A stretch of DNA of 54,560 nt, the filler included, from Bipalium vagum (taxonomy: Eukaryota), in the NCBI GenBank assembly GCA_037834085.1. It is 3 parts of 3 records of this genome, joined end to end, with 100 filler letters (N's around TTAATTAATTAA, not from the genome) between each part and the next. Parts side by side here need not be neighbours in the genome. Positions count along the whole stretch, not along the records: positions 1 to 17,800 come from JBBMKC010050905.1; 2 more parts are not named here. One strand, given 5' to 3'. Positions 1 through 12,928 of the stretch are shown piece by piece. The position numbers and the translations under genes are program-made. The notes under the pieces were generated by a model. It worked only from the letters and a program-made list of their open reading frames with translations. It had not been told where the DNA came from and did no database searches. The number at the start of each line of letters is the position of its first letter. Position 1 is the first letter of the stretch.

Positions 1-129
1 AATATTTTGCTTGACATCTCATGTAAAAATAAATGTATATTGAGTTTTTATTTAACTTTTTTATTTTCTTTAAAAACAGCGAGAATTAATGCAACTACCC
101 AATATAATCTTTAGATAACATTAAAATAT

Positions 130-915
130 TAATAGAAAAGAAAGAAACCTTTCGAAAACGCGTGTACGCCTCTGCAAATTTGCACAAATTTACCTAAATC
201 TGCGATCGTTGCACACTTCATGAAGGAAAATGTTGCAAAATCTACACTATATCAAATTCTTCGAAGAAAGGAGAATAACATAAATGCAGAACAAAAGACT
301 GGAAGTGGCTGTATTGCTAAAAATGTCTCCAAAATCGGTACAGAGAATGAAGAAAATGATAGATCATACTCACAGTATTTCGCAAAGGAAACTAGCTTCA
401 AAATTCAACGTTACCGAACAGTATGTATGCCAAATTTTAAAAGAAAAGACAGATATTTGATACTTGAAAAAAAGGTTCCAAATAGCTCAACAGGTTGTAG
501 TTGGTCCAAAAACTCGCCAGCTGGTTAAAATTGTTCGTAGAAAAATTGTGATTTTGGATGATGTCATATTTTTGTTTGTCAAACTACGATCTGACGGCTA
601 ATTCTGGATTTTATACACTAAATATCGAAGAAATGCCTTGCAAAATAAAACTTAAAGAAATTGGAAAACTTGAGTCAAAATTACTGGTTTTGATAAGCTT
701 CTCCGAAAAGCGACTAAGCCAACATTAAATTGTTCCGTCAGGTCAGGCCATCAATACAAAATGCTATATCATCAAATGCAGGAGTAAATTGAAAAAGTTT
801 ATTACTCAGCATAGTAAAATCGATAAATTGAGTTTCGGCCAGATCTTGCCTCTTCTCATTACTCGAAAGAAATTCTTGATCTCTAACAACATCAATTTTG
901 TGACAAGACATTGCA
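130..915 (+). mobile_element. Decayed Tc1/mariner-superfamily transposase, ITmD37E-like
   Basis: Frameshifted pieces read FRKRVY..MKENVAKSTLYQILRRK..KTGSG (HTH region), KLESKLLVLISFSEKRLS..VPSGQAINTKCY and FRPDLASSHYSK. The last matches the FWPDLASxHY motif of D37E-type transposases. Confidence 0.7.
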
Positions 916-2953
916 AAAAAACGAACGTTGAAATATAAATATTATAAGAGAAAAAATAATTTTTTATTTCGTTTTGTGCCTGGATTTCTAATTTTTACAT
1001 GTTATAATAAATAGGATACAGCAGTTTTCTTTATATTCTATTCTCGAAACGATTTCCTTTAACAAATAACATTAATTCAATTCTTCATGGGAAGAACAAT
1101 ATTGCAGCCTTTAACTCTTCAGTATTAAAACGAAAACCTTTACTTATTCATTTATTCAGATCATGAAGCGGCTGTAGTTTAAAAGGTTTTAACTTTTCTT
1201 CTTTTAAATTCGTTCATTAAATTTCTTTGGCGTTTGATTTCCTTAATCGTAGCTTTAGGTGAATTCCATTGCAATAATAACATCGAATTAAATCAGTTTT
1301 CAAATATAGATTCGTACCAAAATGTAAAATATTTTTATGTTGTTAAAGAAATAGAAAGAAGTAAAAAAAGTTTGAATCTGAAAAAATGGAAGATTTATAA
1401 ACACTATAAAAATAATCTCGTAATAGAAAATTAAAACATGAATAGAATTACAAAAATTAAAATATATACTAATAATACTGAAATTATTCAAAAATGAATG
1501 CGTAGTATTTAATTATTGGATAGTTTATATTTTTGCTTTTCTCAATCTTTTTCAAATGTATTTTATTCGGTATTGGTTTATTACTGATTTTTGATTTTTT
1601 TTGGAACTTAAATAATTAAATATATTATTAGTTTTTTCTAAATAATGGTGCTTATTAAGAATTGCAGAACCCTTTTCTTTATCAAATTGTGTTATGATCA
1701 AATATTTATTAATTAATTTTTTCATTATTTTCTCTTTTTTGTCACATACTTGTTATTTTTTTATGTATGTTTCATCAAATTTTTATTGAATATTAAATTA
1801 AAATTTGTTTTTATTTTAAGATATTATTTTTTTGTTTTTAAATGAACATAAAATTAAAGCTCTATTTTTGGATTAAAATGAGAATTAATGTAGATAATAT
1901 TACATTCTGTTAGAACAAACAATGATTATATAAATGTTACAAAGGACATTTCATTAAAAAAATCTATTGATTTTGAAAAATTTGAAAATTTTAAGAAAAA
2001 ATTTTTTATTATTCAATAAGTACATATTTTTAGGTAAATTCAATAATTGTCCTTTTAATTTTGAAAGTAAAATTAAACGAAAATAATATTGGTGGAAATA
2101 TATGGTTTAACATAGTTGAAAAGTTAATTTAATTAAATATATTATGGTAGTTACATTCTATTATTAGTTGGTTTATATTAAACTTTCATAAATCAAGAAT
2201 CATAATATTAATCAAAACAGACACGAACTTCGGTAAAATGGTTCTATGAAAGAAGACAATATTCATCTGAAGATTATTTTTCGGTCAAAGATCTTGGCAA
2301 TATTGATCCACCTGATTTTTCATTATTTTTTGTTAACATATTCTTAATATTATAAATTTTAAAATTTTTTTATGGAGAATAACAATGAGATTATTTGTTT
2401 CTCAAGAAATTTACTGAAGAAATCTAATAAACTCTCCGGTAAAGAAAGTCTGAAATCTAAAACAATCCCGCTTAAATCCATGATAAAATATGAATATATA
2501 GGAAGAATATAAAAATATGTTCTTTAATGTTCTTAATATTTTTTCAGTTAAAAACATTTTAAAAATAGAATATTTACTATTGGAAATACTATTTATTTAT
2601 TTATTTTTAGTGACTTAAAATAAAAATATGCCAAGAGTTATCTATTAATCAATTAATTAATGATAATTATTTGATGTTATTTTCCGTTTCTTTTTTGTTT
2701 CCATGAACAATTTTTTGCAAAATTTTCCACGTCGATCTGATAACGACTTTATGGTTTTTTTGTTTTACAAAAATTTCTTTCGATTTTTATGTAAATATAT
2801 CATTGATTTTTTTCCAATCATTAAATGAGTTCTTGATTCCTTATTTCAAACATTGTCCATAAGCTAGTCATAAAAGTTGTTTTTCTGTTGTTGTTTTACT
2901 TTCCTTCCAAAATCGACTTGAAGCGAAATCATTACAATAAAGAAATGAAGACG

Positions 2954-2954
<1 letters not shown>

Positions 2955-2985
<31 letters not shown>
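2955..2985. repeat. (TA)n microsatellite
   Basis: About 15 perfect TA units. Confidence 0.95.
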
Positions 2986-2987
<2 letters not shown>

Positions 2988-3539
2988 GTTTCGAGGACCA
3001 GGAAATGTTGAGGGGAAAATTTGTGGTGGCTTTACGATTAATCCATGAAATTCTTAGTAAAAAAAAATCTTAAATTTCCACGAAAATAAAGCAGTAAAAA
3101 TATTGACTAAGAACTTAAGGTTACACATAATCACACGAAGGTTGTTAATAAATGTTGCAGGAAGCCCACTAAAGCTAATTCTTAAATCTTCTGTTGTTTA
3201 GAAAGGTTGTTGCTAAAATCAATATAATGATTAACTGAATGAGACATGCATCCGATATGTGAAAAGACGCCCGACAAGAAGCATGGTTGATTCTCTGCCT
3301 AACTGACTGGATTTCTAGTAGGTCAAAACGGCATGCATGCCTTAGATATACTCCTCTACCCCTGTACATTGAATTTTTTCTCTACTGCCCAAGTCTTAGT
3401 TAATCAATGATAAGATGGTGTAGACAGAGAGGATAAGGTTTGCTTATTTCTGGTGAATGAATATAATTATTAAAGCTTCATTACTAAGTTAGTTGAATTT
3501 TATCACAATACTCTAATTGTTGGATGATATTTTCTCCAG

Positions 3540-3582
3540 AAAGGAATCAGCAGCAATATAAACTTTGGCAAACATATTCAAG
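3540..3582 (+). other. Candidate small 5' exon of the zinc-finger gene (43 nt)
   Basis: Acceptor TTTTCTCCAG ends at 3539 and donor AAG|GTAATA starts at 3583. It is preceded by a 52-nt GTTAGT...CAG intron (3488-3539), the same size as kinase intron 1. Confidence 0.4.
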
Positions 3583-4159
3583 GTAATATGTTGTTTTTTT
3601 CCTATTTTATTATTATGATTTTGCATTGAAAAAAATCATTGTTTCTCTCTTTAACTATCATTAATTGAACTGGTGATTGGATGATATTGAGTAAACACGA
3701 TGTATTAACGTATCCAAAGGATTCATTGACCGTGACCTGTGCCATGATACGATTTTTAACATTTTTTCCATTGATTCCATTCGATTGGTGATTGTTTGTT
3801 TAAATAGATTTTGTTGATCTCAGATAATTGTCTACCGAAAAAAAATAGTTCCACTGTAAAATGTTATGATCAAATTGAATTTTTTTTGTTTGAACTGACC
3901 GAGAACGGGAAAATATAATTAAATATATAATCAATGGGGAAAATATAATCCTCGTTAATAATGAACATCTTTTTTGTGTGAAGATCTCAAATTATGAGAC
4001 AACCTTTTCAAACAAAGCCCATCACAATAACAAGGGAGAACATATTGAGAAGGCATATACATTATAAATTTATTATTTTCCATTCATCAAAGACGATGGG
4101 ACAATATATCACTGTAACGTGGTGGTTTGGGTTCATCAAGACACAATCATCCAACACAG

Positions 4160-4498
4160 ATTTCTATCAGTAGGCGCGCACATACACGAAATTCTGTAGA
4201 GGACCCTTATGTTTTGGTAGCATAGTCGAGTTAGCAACCTCGTTTTTCTTCTGACACCAGAGGTGGTTGCTTTGCTAGCAAGCCAACATGCTTGTTTCAA
4301 GCATGTAAAGGGATACAGATGCAGAACTCAACGATGATTGGCTAATGCGAGGTGAAGTAAGTATTAGCTAGTCTGATTGATAAGAGGTACATTTTCTAAA
4401 TTTAATGGGATCCGGATATCAGCCATTTTGTTGAAGCAAGTTTCTGACTTATTGATTGAATTTCAAATCAATATCGACTTTTGAAACATTAAGTAATT
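4160..4498 (+). promoter_or_regulatory. Probable promoter / non-coding first exon(s) of the zinc-finger gene
   Basis: GC-richer island with Inr-like TCAGT (~4167), inverted CCAAT (ATTGG 4337-4341), YY1-type GCCATTTT (4422-4429), and donors GTAAGT (4357) and GTAATT (4493) upstream of the TTTCAG acceptor at 5185. Confidence 0.5.
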
Positions 4499-5197
4499 GA
4501 TTTTTATTTTCATGGTTTGCCATTGATTTTCATGTTTTTGTTAAGATGTTGTTGTTGGTGGTGATTTTTTGGGGGAATGGATGACATACTCTTTCAGAAT
4601 TTTCCTTTTAGATATATAGATATATATATTGTTGTTCATTAAATGAAAATCAATATTTACTATTATTTTATTATTATTTCAATAGATTTTCCTTTTGTTA
4701 TGGCTAGGTACATTTGTTAATGGAACCAGTATAAATGGTGTGTGTATTCCAGTGGCGGGGTTTGGTTGTAATTTATTGATGACGTGAGCACCCGACTTGT
4801 GATGGTGTGCGTGTTGTTGTGTTTCTTCGAAGGTTAATAGGGTTGATCACTTTATGCGGGTGACAGTTGTTCCATTTTTGCTAAGGAATGAAAGAAACAT
4901 TTTCGTCAAAAAACCAATTTATCAAAATTTATTGATCTTAATTTTCTGATCTTTATTATTTGTTTTTCATCGATGTTTGACAAACTTCTATTTGGTCTCC
5001 AATAATAGTTGGGAAATTGGTAACTTTTCCCAAACTTGGTTTTGTTTTAATTCCTGGATTAATGGTGTTTAATTCAAATGAACTGATAATTTGACAATAG
5101 GTGAAACTTCAATTGCTGTTTTTTTGTAATAATTGGAATTTTTGGCAGAAACTCATAGTACTTAATGAAATTTCTTCTGTTTCAGTTGTAGAATTCA

Positions 5198-5567
5198 ATG
5201 AATAACGACAATACCAGTAGAGAAATCGTCGATATAATTCCCGATGAAGAAGTCAATTGTGTTTTCTGTGGGAAATTATTTCCATCTATTGAAAAAGTCC
5301 AAGATCATATTGCAGAAAAGCATGATACATCAGAATCTCATCCGGACAATGGGGAATTTAAACCAGAACCGAATTTGGACAGTGGTAAACAAGCGAAAAT
5401 TTATGATTCCAATACGGAAACCTTGCCAAATCGCCTGACAGACCCGATCAGTGTTATCCAATGTTCAAAATGTGATTTGTCCTTCATTCATGCCTATGCT
5501 TCAAAGTTACATTTTGAGAAAGTCCATTTAGTGAGAAAAAGAAAACGTTCTTCCAATCCGAATGGGG
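5198..5567 (+). CDS. C2H2 zinc-finger protein, first coding exon (2 fingers plus basic NLS-like RKRKR)
   Basis: CVFC-x12-H-x4-H and CSKC-x12-H-x4-H fingers. Acceptor at 5185 with an in-frame TAG before the ATG. Phase-1 donor GTTAGT at 5568; the unspliced ORF stops at 5572. Confidence 0.85.
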
Positions 5568-8500
5568 GTTAGTTGATGCTGTTTGATCTAAAATTGATTA
5601 AAATTGGTACAATATGAGGAGTTTCTATTGTGACCAATTTTTTATGAAAGATCTATTATTTTTAAAATGTATTATAAAGTATCAAGGGAAAAGTTGTTTT
5701 GTCATTGTAGTCATTGATCAGTGAATAATAATATAATTCGATTAAATATTACTCACAAAAACTGATTTTTGATCATTTTTATATTTAAAGAGTATTGATC
5801 AATATAAAAATGTATCCTAAAGACGAATATTTCCCTAGAAATAATCAAATTTCCATATTTTTTTCATTCATTGATTTATAATAATAAATAAATTAGCATA
5901 AAATCTGAAACGATCACAAAATAATTTATTAAATAATAATAATAATACTTATAATTTGTTATAATGAAAAATATAAGATTTTAAATTATCCAATCAATTT
6001 TTAATAATTTATTGTCAAAGGAAAAATTGGCCGGCAATATATATCAAATTTCATTGGAATATTGAATAAAAAATTATTTAATATTAAATTAATTAAAAAT
6101 GATTTTTAAATCAGTTTGGTTTAAATTAACTCTACAAAAATTACGTTTTTCGTTTTTTTCAATTAATTTTTCCAAGTTACAAATTCCCTCTGCTCAGGCT
6201 TATTTTTAAACAAAATATTAAATTAAGAAATAAGACAGACAAATTATTTTAAAATTAAATATAATACAAAATATTTTGATATTCATTTTTTAAAAAACAG
6301 TTGATATTTTAATAATAAATAAATTTTTTAAAAATTTTATGAACAATTTATGTAAAAATTCAAATAATAAAATAAAATAATTAAGTGTATTAGGATTTTT
6401 TTGAAAAAATTATGTAATTTATATATTCTTAAATAATAATTAGAAATATCTTTCTAAAAGAAATAATAAATCATTGATTTAATTTTTATATAATTTAAAT
6501 TCCCGACACTGTTAAATTGAACATTCGTGATTATTTTTGTTTTAATGATTTTTATTAAATATAAATATATAATAAAATAATAAAATTATATAAATATAAA
6601 ATAATCAAATAATATAAAGATATTATTAAAATATTAATAATTTTAAGAAATAAGAAATACTTTATCTTAATAAATCATAATAATAATAAATAATAATATA
6701 AGCAAAATTAAGGAATAAAATGTCACTTTACCTTATTTTATTTAAAATAATTTATTTTTTGTTTATAAATAAATATTAGTCTGGTGAACAATAATATATA
6801 AAAATTAAAGTTAAATTGGACTGAAGAAAAGATGAAACTGGGTCTTATGACTAAACAATCAACGAAAATAATTCCATTAGTGTATGTACGTAACATTTTT
6901 CTTGGAAAATTTGACTGTTGGATTTTTATTGTCACTTATCAATCGATTTCAGATAATTTTTATTTTTCACTGACCCAAATGAATAATATATATATTTTAC
7001 TAATGTAACTTTAAACTGTTATTAAGTGTTACTAAATAATTGTTCTTTTTCTTAATAAATTCTGATTTATGAAATGTAATGCTAAATTGTTATACATGAC
7101 AATGAATATGATATAAAAGTTGTAACAATGTTTTTTTGGTGAAACACCAATGTTGAAATTTCCAATTTTTGATAATTTTTCTTTTTTTTACTTAATTCTG
7201 AAATTCCGGATTTATTGAATTTTATCTCTTAAAGTCATTGGAACAAATAATCATAAATATCAAGATCTTAATCGATTTTATCAAAATAAATGTAATAAAT
7301 TAATTTAAATAAAATTTTGAAAATGAAATATTTTTTTTAAAAATTTTCCGCGTTAATAAATAAACATAAATCTAATTATCCGATTGGATTATGGAATCTC
7401 TATTGCCTTTCTTTTCCTCCTTCACAAAAATGTTGAAATTTCGATATAAATAGTATAATTAATTATTAGAAATTATTTGCGATCAACAAACCATAGCATG
7501 TAAGCAATGAAATTTTGCTGCACTTAAGAGATCAATTTAGTGAATAGAAAATCAACAATGTAAATTGAAGCTTTCTCAGTTCCTAAATACATTTTATAAA
7601 AGTTGAAAATAAAAATCAAAGTTTATTGACCGCTTGGAAAATATAAACACTTTCATATTGAGGTCAGTCATTAAATACGTTTCTAGTTTTATTGTTTTCA
7701 AAATTCAACTTAGCCTGGCTTTAATCAAATGCAAATATCTTACAAGGTACGTAATTGGACTCAATTTTGTCTTATTGGTTATATAAATACAGGAATATAT
7801 TAGGAAAACATTTTACTGCTTATATTTAATAAATTTATGGTTACCTAGTAGTGGTACTATGACTATATCATTTACTAATAATACTTACTACCCTTGATAT
7901 GTATTGTATCGGGACAAGGTGGTTCCAAAGCAAAGCAGAAAGTAAATAAATACCGGTAGCTTTTTAGATAAGTATTCGTTTATCTCAGTAGTTGATTTCA
8001 AGTAGATTTTTAAAAAGGAAATTTTTCCTTTACGACTTACGACGAAACGGTCTAATAGACAAAGTACGTGCATTGAAATGTTGACAGGCTTTGATATTTA
8101 TAATTATTTTTGAGTTCAACACCAAAAGGTGAACATATGCGATAGAAACCAATATCTAGAAGAAAATTCAGAAAATCTCTAGTAACATCGGTTTCATTTT
8201 TTCATCATTACAAAATAAATTTTACGGCGACAATTTCACTGTTAACATTCCTCGTGGTTTCTTTATTCCAATGGAATTTTTGATTTAGAATTTTTTGAAA
8301 AAATAGTCTAAAAGTAAATAATAAAACTTAATAATTTAATAATAATAATTTAATAATTAATTAAATGGTTAATATAATGATGTCAATCTCTTCTTATTTT
8401 GAGTGATGCATTACATAACGAGTAACGTTGTAGATAAACCTATTTATAAAATTAAAAGTCCTATATAATAAATTTGACGTTATTATTAAACAGTTCTCTT

Positions 8501-8988
8501 TTAATATAATAGGAAGAAGCCCATTGTTCCTAATATTTATAAATTTTATTTGTGGAAGATATAATTTTAAATTGTTTTGTGTTTACAATTCATTTCTGAG
8601 TTTCTAATTAAGAACTCCTGAGAAATATTTTTTTTTATAAAATTGAGCTTATTTATTTTAGGAATAATTACATTTATGAGTGAAAATATTTGAAAATTTT
8701 TAATATGAAATTCCAAAATTACCTTGGTAAAATTTTTAAAAAGTTAATTATTAAATAAAAAACGTTTTCGTTAAAGTGCATAATTTTTAAATTAATAATT
8801 GAAAAACTTTAAAATTTTTATTAAAAATCGTTTAAAAAAATTAAAAAATTTTATTAAAAAAATCATTACAGAAAAATGAATGAATGAAAAATAATAAATA
8901 AGAATCGGCCTATTAATTTAACACATTAAATGATTTCTTTTTTATTTTACCCTTTATCATGAATTTTATTAATTGACATACTCTTCAG

Positions 8989-9177
8989 TAGAAGGCATTG
9001 TTGTTAACCCAAATGGTTCTGATAATTGGGGTTGCGACATCTGCGGGCGTCAATTTCCAACTTTGAAACAAGCCAAGGTTCATAAGTTTAAGTCTCACAT
9101 TGAACCAGTTCAGAAAAAGAAATTATTGCTTCACAGAAATATTATTAGAAAATCAAATGTTTGTCAGCGTAATTTAG
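8989..9177 (+). CDS. C2H2 zinc-finger protein, next coding exon (third finger)
   Basis: Acceptor CTCTTCAG at 8988 joins in phase 1 (G|TA=Val) to EGIVVNPNGSDNWGCDICGRQFPTLKQAKVHKFKSH. The 3' end is uncertain: donor at 9169 or 9178, or read-through to the stop at 9224. Confidence 0.75.
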
Positions 9178-10907
9178 GTGTGATATATTTTCTTATGCAT
9201 TTTGTTTATTTGAAACTAAAATAGTAGACAGTAATTTATTTGTGGTACCCAAATTAAAAAATTTATGGGGATACTATCTTAAATTTATTAAAAAAAATAT
9301 TGACAAGTTTTCGATAAATCTCCAATAATGATGATTCTCCAATTCCAAGTTGAAGTAAATGATTTTCCAGGTTTCGGCGAAAAGACCATCTCAAAGTCAA
9401 GTCTATTTACGAACATGTTTACAGCCATATTATTATCAGACTTTGGTCATTTTCAAGATAAGCATCACTATAAAATTAATTATTTCAAAGTTTTTATCAA
9501 AAAAATTCATTTTTGTTGAAGTGTGAAGTTCCGTAACCGTTGACAATGTTATTATTTACTTTCAGAAGTTCTGTATCGTCTGATTTTTCTGTGATAGCAC
9601 AAAAACAATGAGCCATCACTAAAAAAAATATATAATATCACACATTTAAAAAGTAATATGATTGTAAAACAAAGCAATTAAACACCCCAGTAAAACAATC
9701 GAATTTCTGTTCCATTCTATGCGTATTATATTATTCAAAAGATTTGAAATTGTTCAAAAAACAATAACAAGAAATTGCAATATTTTTTCACTTAGCCTGG
9801 AAATAAAGCTACGGTATTAATTTCGCGGAAAACCTGCAATTTGTATTAATTCACGTAAAATAATTATATATTTATTCTGCAAATATTCACAGAACGTTGG
9901 GCTATTATTCAGATATTGTTTTATTAATCTTATCTTTCAATATGTATGGAAATACTGGTTCCCATTTTGTCTTCAATTTCTCCGTTTCTCCATTTCTCCA
10001 TGATCATATTCTCAAAGAATGAAAATATATAGTTTAAGGATATACTGGTCTTGATTAATTGCCGAAAACCTCATTTTCTGCAGGACCGTTTATTAAAAGC
10101 AGAATTTTAAAGTAAAAATTGTCTTTAGACTCCAAAAGAAAAGGGTTTCATGTAAAGATTGATATTAAAAATTACTTTATTATTTATTGTCTTAAGATTT
10201 ATTAACTTGTATGAGGGTATTATGTGATTTTTTCTCCATTTCTAATTTAACAGATATTAGGGAAACTTCAATCACATGAACATAAACAGTTTTTTCAAAA
10301 TCGATGAACATGAACAATATTATCTTGAAGATTCATTCATTTTTTTGCTTTTCCATCTCAGTTAATAACGTTCTACTTAACGTTTAATTCGTTTTAAATA
10401 TTTTTAGCCTGATCTTATCTACAAACTCTGAATGGACATTTTATGTTTATTAAAACAAAAACCTGATTTCAAAAATCCACTAAATTTCATTTTTTCTAAA
10501 ATTTTTATTTTATTTATATATTTATTTATTTTTTATTCTAAAATAACATTTTTAGAGTAATACAATATAAACAAAATAATATAATCGATAATGTATTCTA
10601 AGTAAATATTACCTTTCTGTTTTCACCGAAACATTTATTATTAAATGTGATGCTACGTTTAAATGAAACTGAATTACAAATGCCTTTAAGAAAAAACTTT
10701 AGAAAATTTGGAAGAAAACTTTTTTTGGAACTCAAGGAATTCTTTGATTGTCTATTTTATCTATTATCTAACATTAATTCTTTTTACACCATCATAACTT
10801 TTGATCATCCACTGAATGCTTGTGTCCATTATCAATCGTTGGCATTTAATTTATTTTTTCAAAAGTTTACATTAAACAATTAATTGTTAAAATGAGAATA
10901 TCACTGT

Positions 10908-11337
10908 TATTAGGTTGGTGCAAAAGACATTACCGTGTTAATAAAGCTCCACCATTATTGTAATTTTGTTTAAATATATTAATTTATAAATATTAATCAT
11001 TGTATCAATTTGAAGCTGAAAAGTATGAATTTGATAATTCTACCTCACCCCTTACTCACCGGACCTCTCACCTGCTGATTATCATTTTTCAAATATTTGA
11101 CTTCTTTCATTCTGGAAAAAAACTTCAAAAATCAAAACGATGTTCGAAACTGACGATTTCGGCGCCTCCAGAAAACCAGACTTTTATTTGATTGGAATAA
11201 GTAAACTTGTTTCACCATGGGAAAAGTGTTTCAATCGAATGGTTGTTATTTTAATTAATAAAATTTTGTTAAGTGTGTGTCTTATCGTTTTAAAGTTAAA
11301 TGTCGAAGACGGAAATTACTTTTGCACCAACCTATTA
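10908..11337 (+). mobile_element. Internally deleted cecropia-subfamily mariner with both TIRs
   Basis: TA-TTAGGTTGGTGCAAAAG ... ATTACTTTTGCACCAACCTAT-TA, resembling Hsmar1/MADE1 TIRs. The interior encodes LPHP-YSPDLSPADYHF..PDFYLIGISKLVSPWEKC. Confidence 0.92.
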
Positions 11338-12127
11338 ATTTCCCATTAGAATCGATAAATTTACCTCTCCCAATCTAACCGTATGTTCAAACAAATATTG
11401 TTATTTTTACGTACCACATTTTGATGCTTTGATCTTATTTTTCTTTCGGAAACCAGTTTTTTGATTTGGTAGCTTGTGTCATTTTTCCTATTATTTTAAT
11501 GAATATAGAAAATTCACAAATAACACGGATTTTAAAATCGAATAGGTCTAGATGGTATTGAAAGTCTTTTGAGAAGATTACGGCTATGATATCAATAAAA
11601 TCTCTTGTCAAAATTTAATTATATTCCTTTTAAAATTTTCTCTTTTATTTCAGTTGCTTTAAATTCCTCATCTTTAATTAGTTTTAAATGACTATGGGTT
11701 TCATTCACAAATGTATTTCAATGATGGATTATGATATTCACAGCGAGTTATATAAAGTCTGAAAGATCAGCTTTTCTTTAATTCCACAAATACTGATATC
11801 TTTATTTGACAGAATATATTGATTTAGATGTAGTACCAATTTTAAATGTTTGTTTTACTTAAGAAAAATAAATAAAATTATTTAAATATATAAATTTTGT
11901 CTCGCACTTATTAATTCAACGAACGGTAACGTAAAATTATTATTATATATAAAATATATATATAAAATAAAATATATATATATATAATACTGGACAAGGT
12001 AAGGGTCTTGTCCCAACTCATTTAGTGATCTAAGCGTAATCTAAGGTGTTCACTGGTTGGCTGGAGATTTAAAATGTCTTTTTATAGAAGAATTAGATAC
12101 ATTCGATATTAAGATTATTATTTTTTC

Positions 12128-12318
12128 TATCGGGTTGGCAAATAAGTAATTGCATTTTTTACTAAAATAAAAAGATACTTTTATAAAGAATAAAAAATCT
12201 TTATCAGTAAAGTATTGAACAGCTTTGCTAATGATTTTCTGTCATATTTCAGGAAGCATCATAATGATTTTTGTTAAAAGTTCTGATTTTTATCGTTAAA
12301 AAACTGGACAAGGTGCGA
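12128..12318 (-). mobile_element. Mariner 3' end, mellifera-like
   Basis: TIR TCGGGTTGGCAAATAAGTAATTGC. The minus strand reads SHLVQFFNDKNQNF..IMMLPEI*QKIISKAVQYFTD*. Confidence 0.85.
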
Positions 12319-12928
12319 TAATAAATGCATAACATATAAATATTAAATAAAATATTTTATTTTGTTTTTTCTTTACATTTACTATTTTTTCGTTTTTAGT
12401 TAATTTTAACATGTGTCAATAAATAATAATTATAATGAGAGTTTGTCAACATTTGAAAAACTAGAAAACATTTCAGTCAAAGTTTTCACTGAAATTTTTG
12501 ATAACTTTGGGCCACCCTATAAATAGGGGGTGGATTTCATCTCGGACATTGCTGTATCACTTGAAAAAAGAAAGTCGATAATTCATTTTCCGTTGATGTT
12601 CACTAATAAAAAGTCGATAAATGTGTATTCCGACAATTGTATTACAGATAATTTGTACAGCCAATTTTCTGTGAATTAAGAGTACAACAAAGTATCCAAA
12701 CAAAAAAGTGTAGTGTTTTAACTTCAGCCAACAGGTCCATCAGTATTATTAGATCTACAAATTGAAAAGGTGCTTATTTAGTAAGTGACTCCAAAGTCAC
12801 TATTAAATCTTTTTTTTAAAAAGCAAAATATTAAATTAAAGGTCATAATTTAATCATATAAAAACTTTGTTGTTTTAATATTCCATATAAAGATCGATAA
12901 ATCAAATAGCATCTGAAAAAATAAATAC

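Noticed and set aside
3235-3270. Hammerhead-like CTGAATGAG-ACAT..ATGT-GAAA
   Set aside because: The core does not fit CUGANGA, the closing G-C pair is missing, and there are no stems I or III.
9700-10090. Possible MULE-like coding relic on the minus strand
   Set aside because: The resemblance is vague and there is no intact diagnostic motif.
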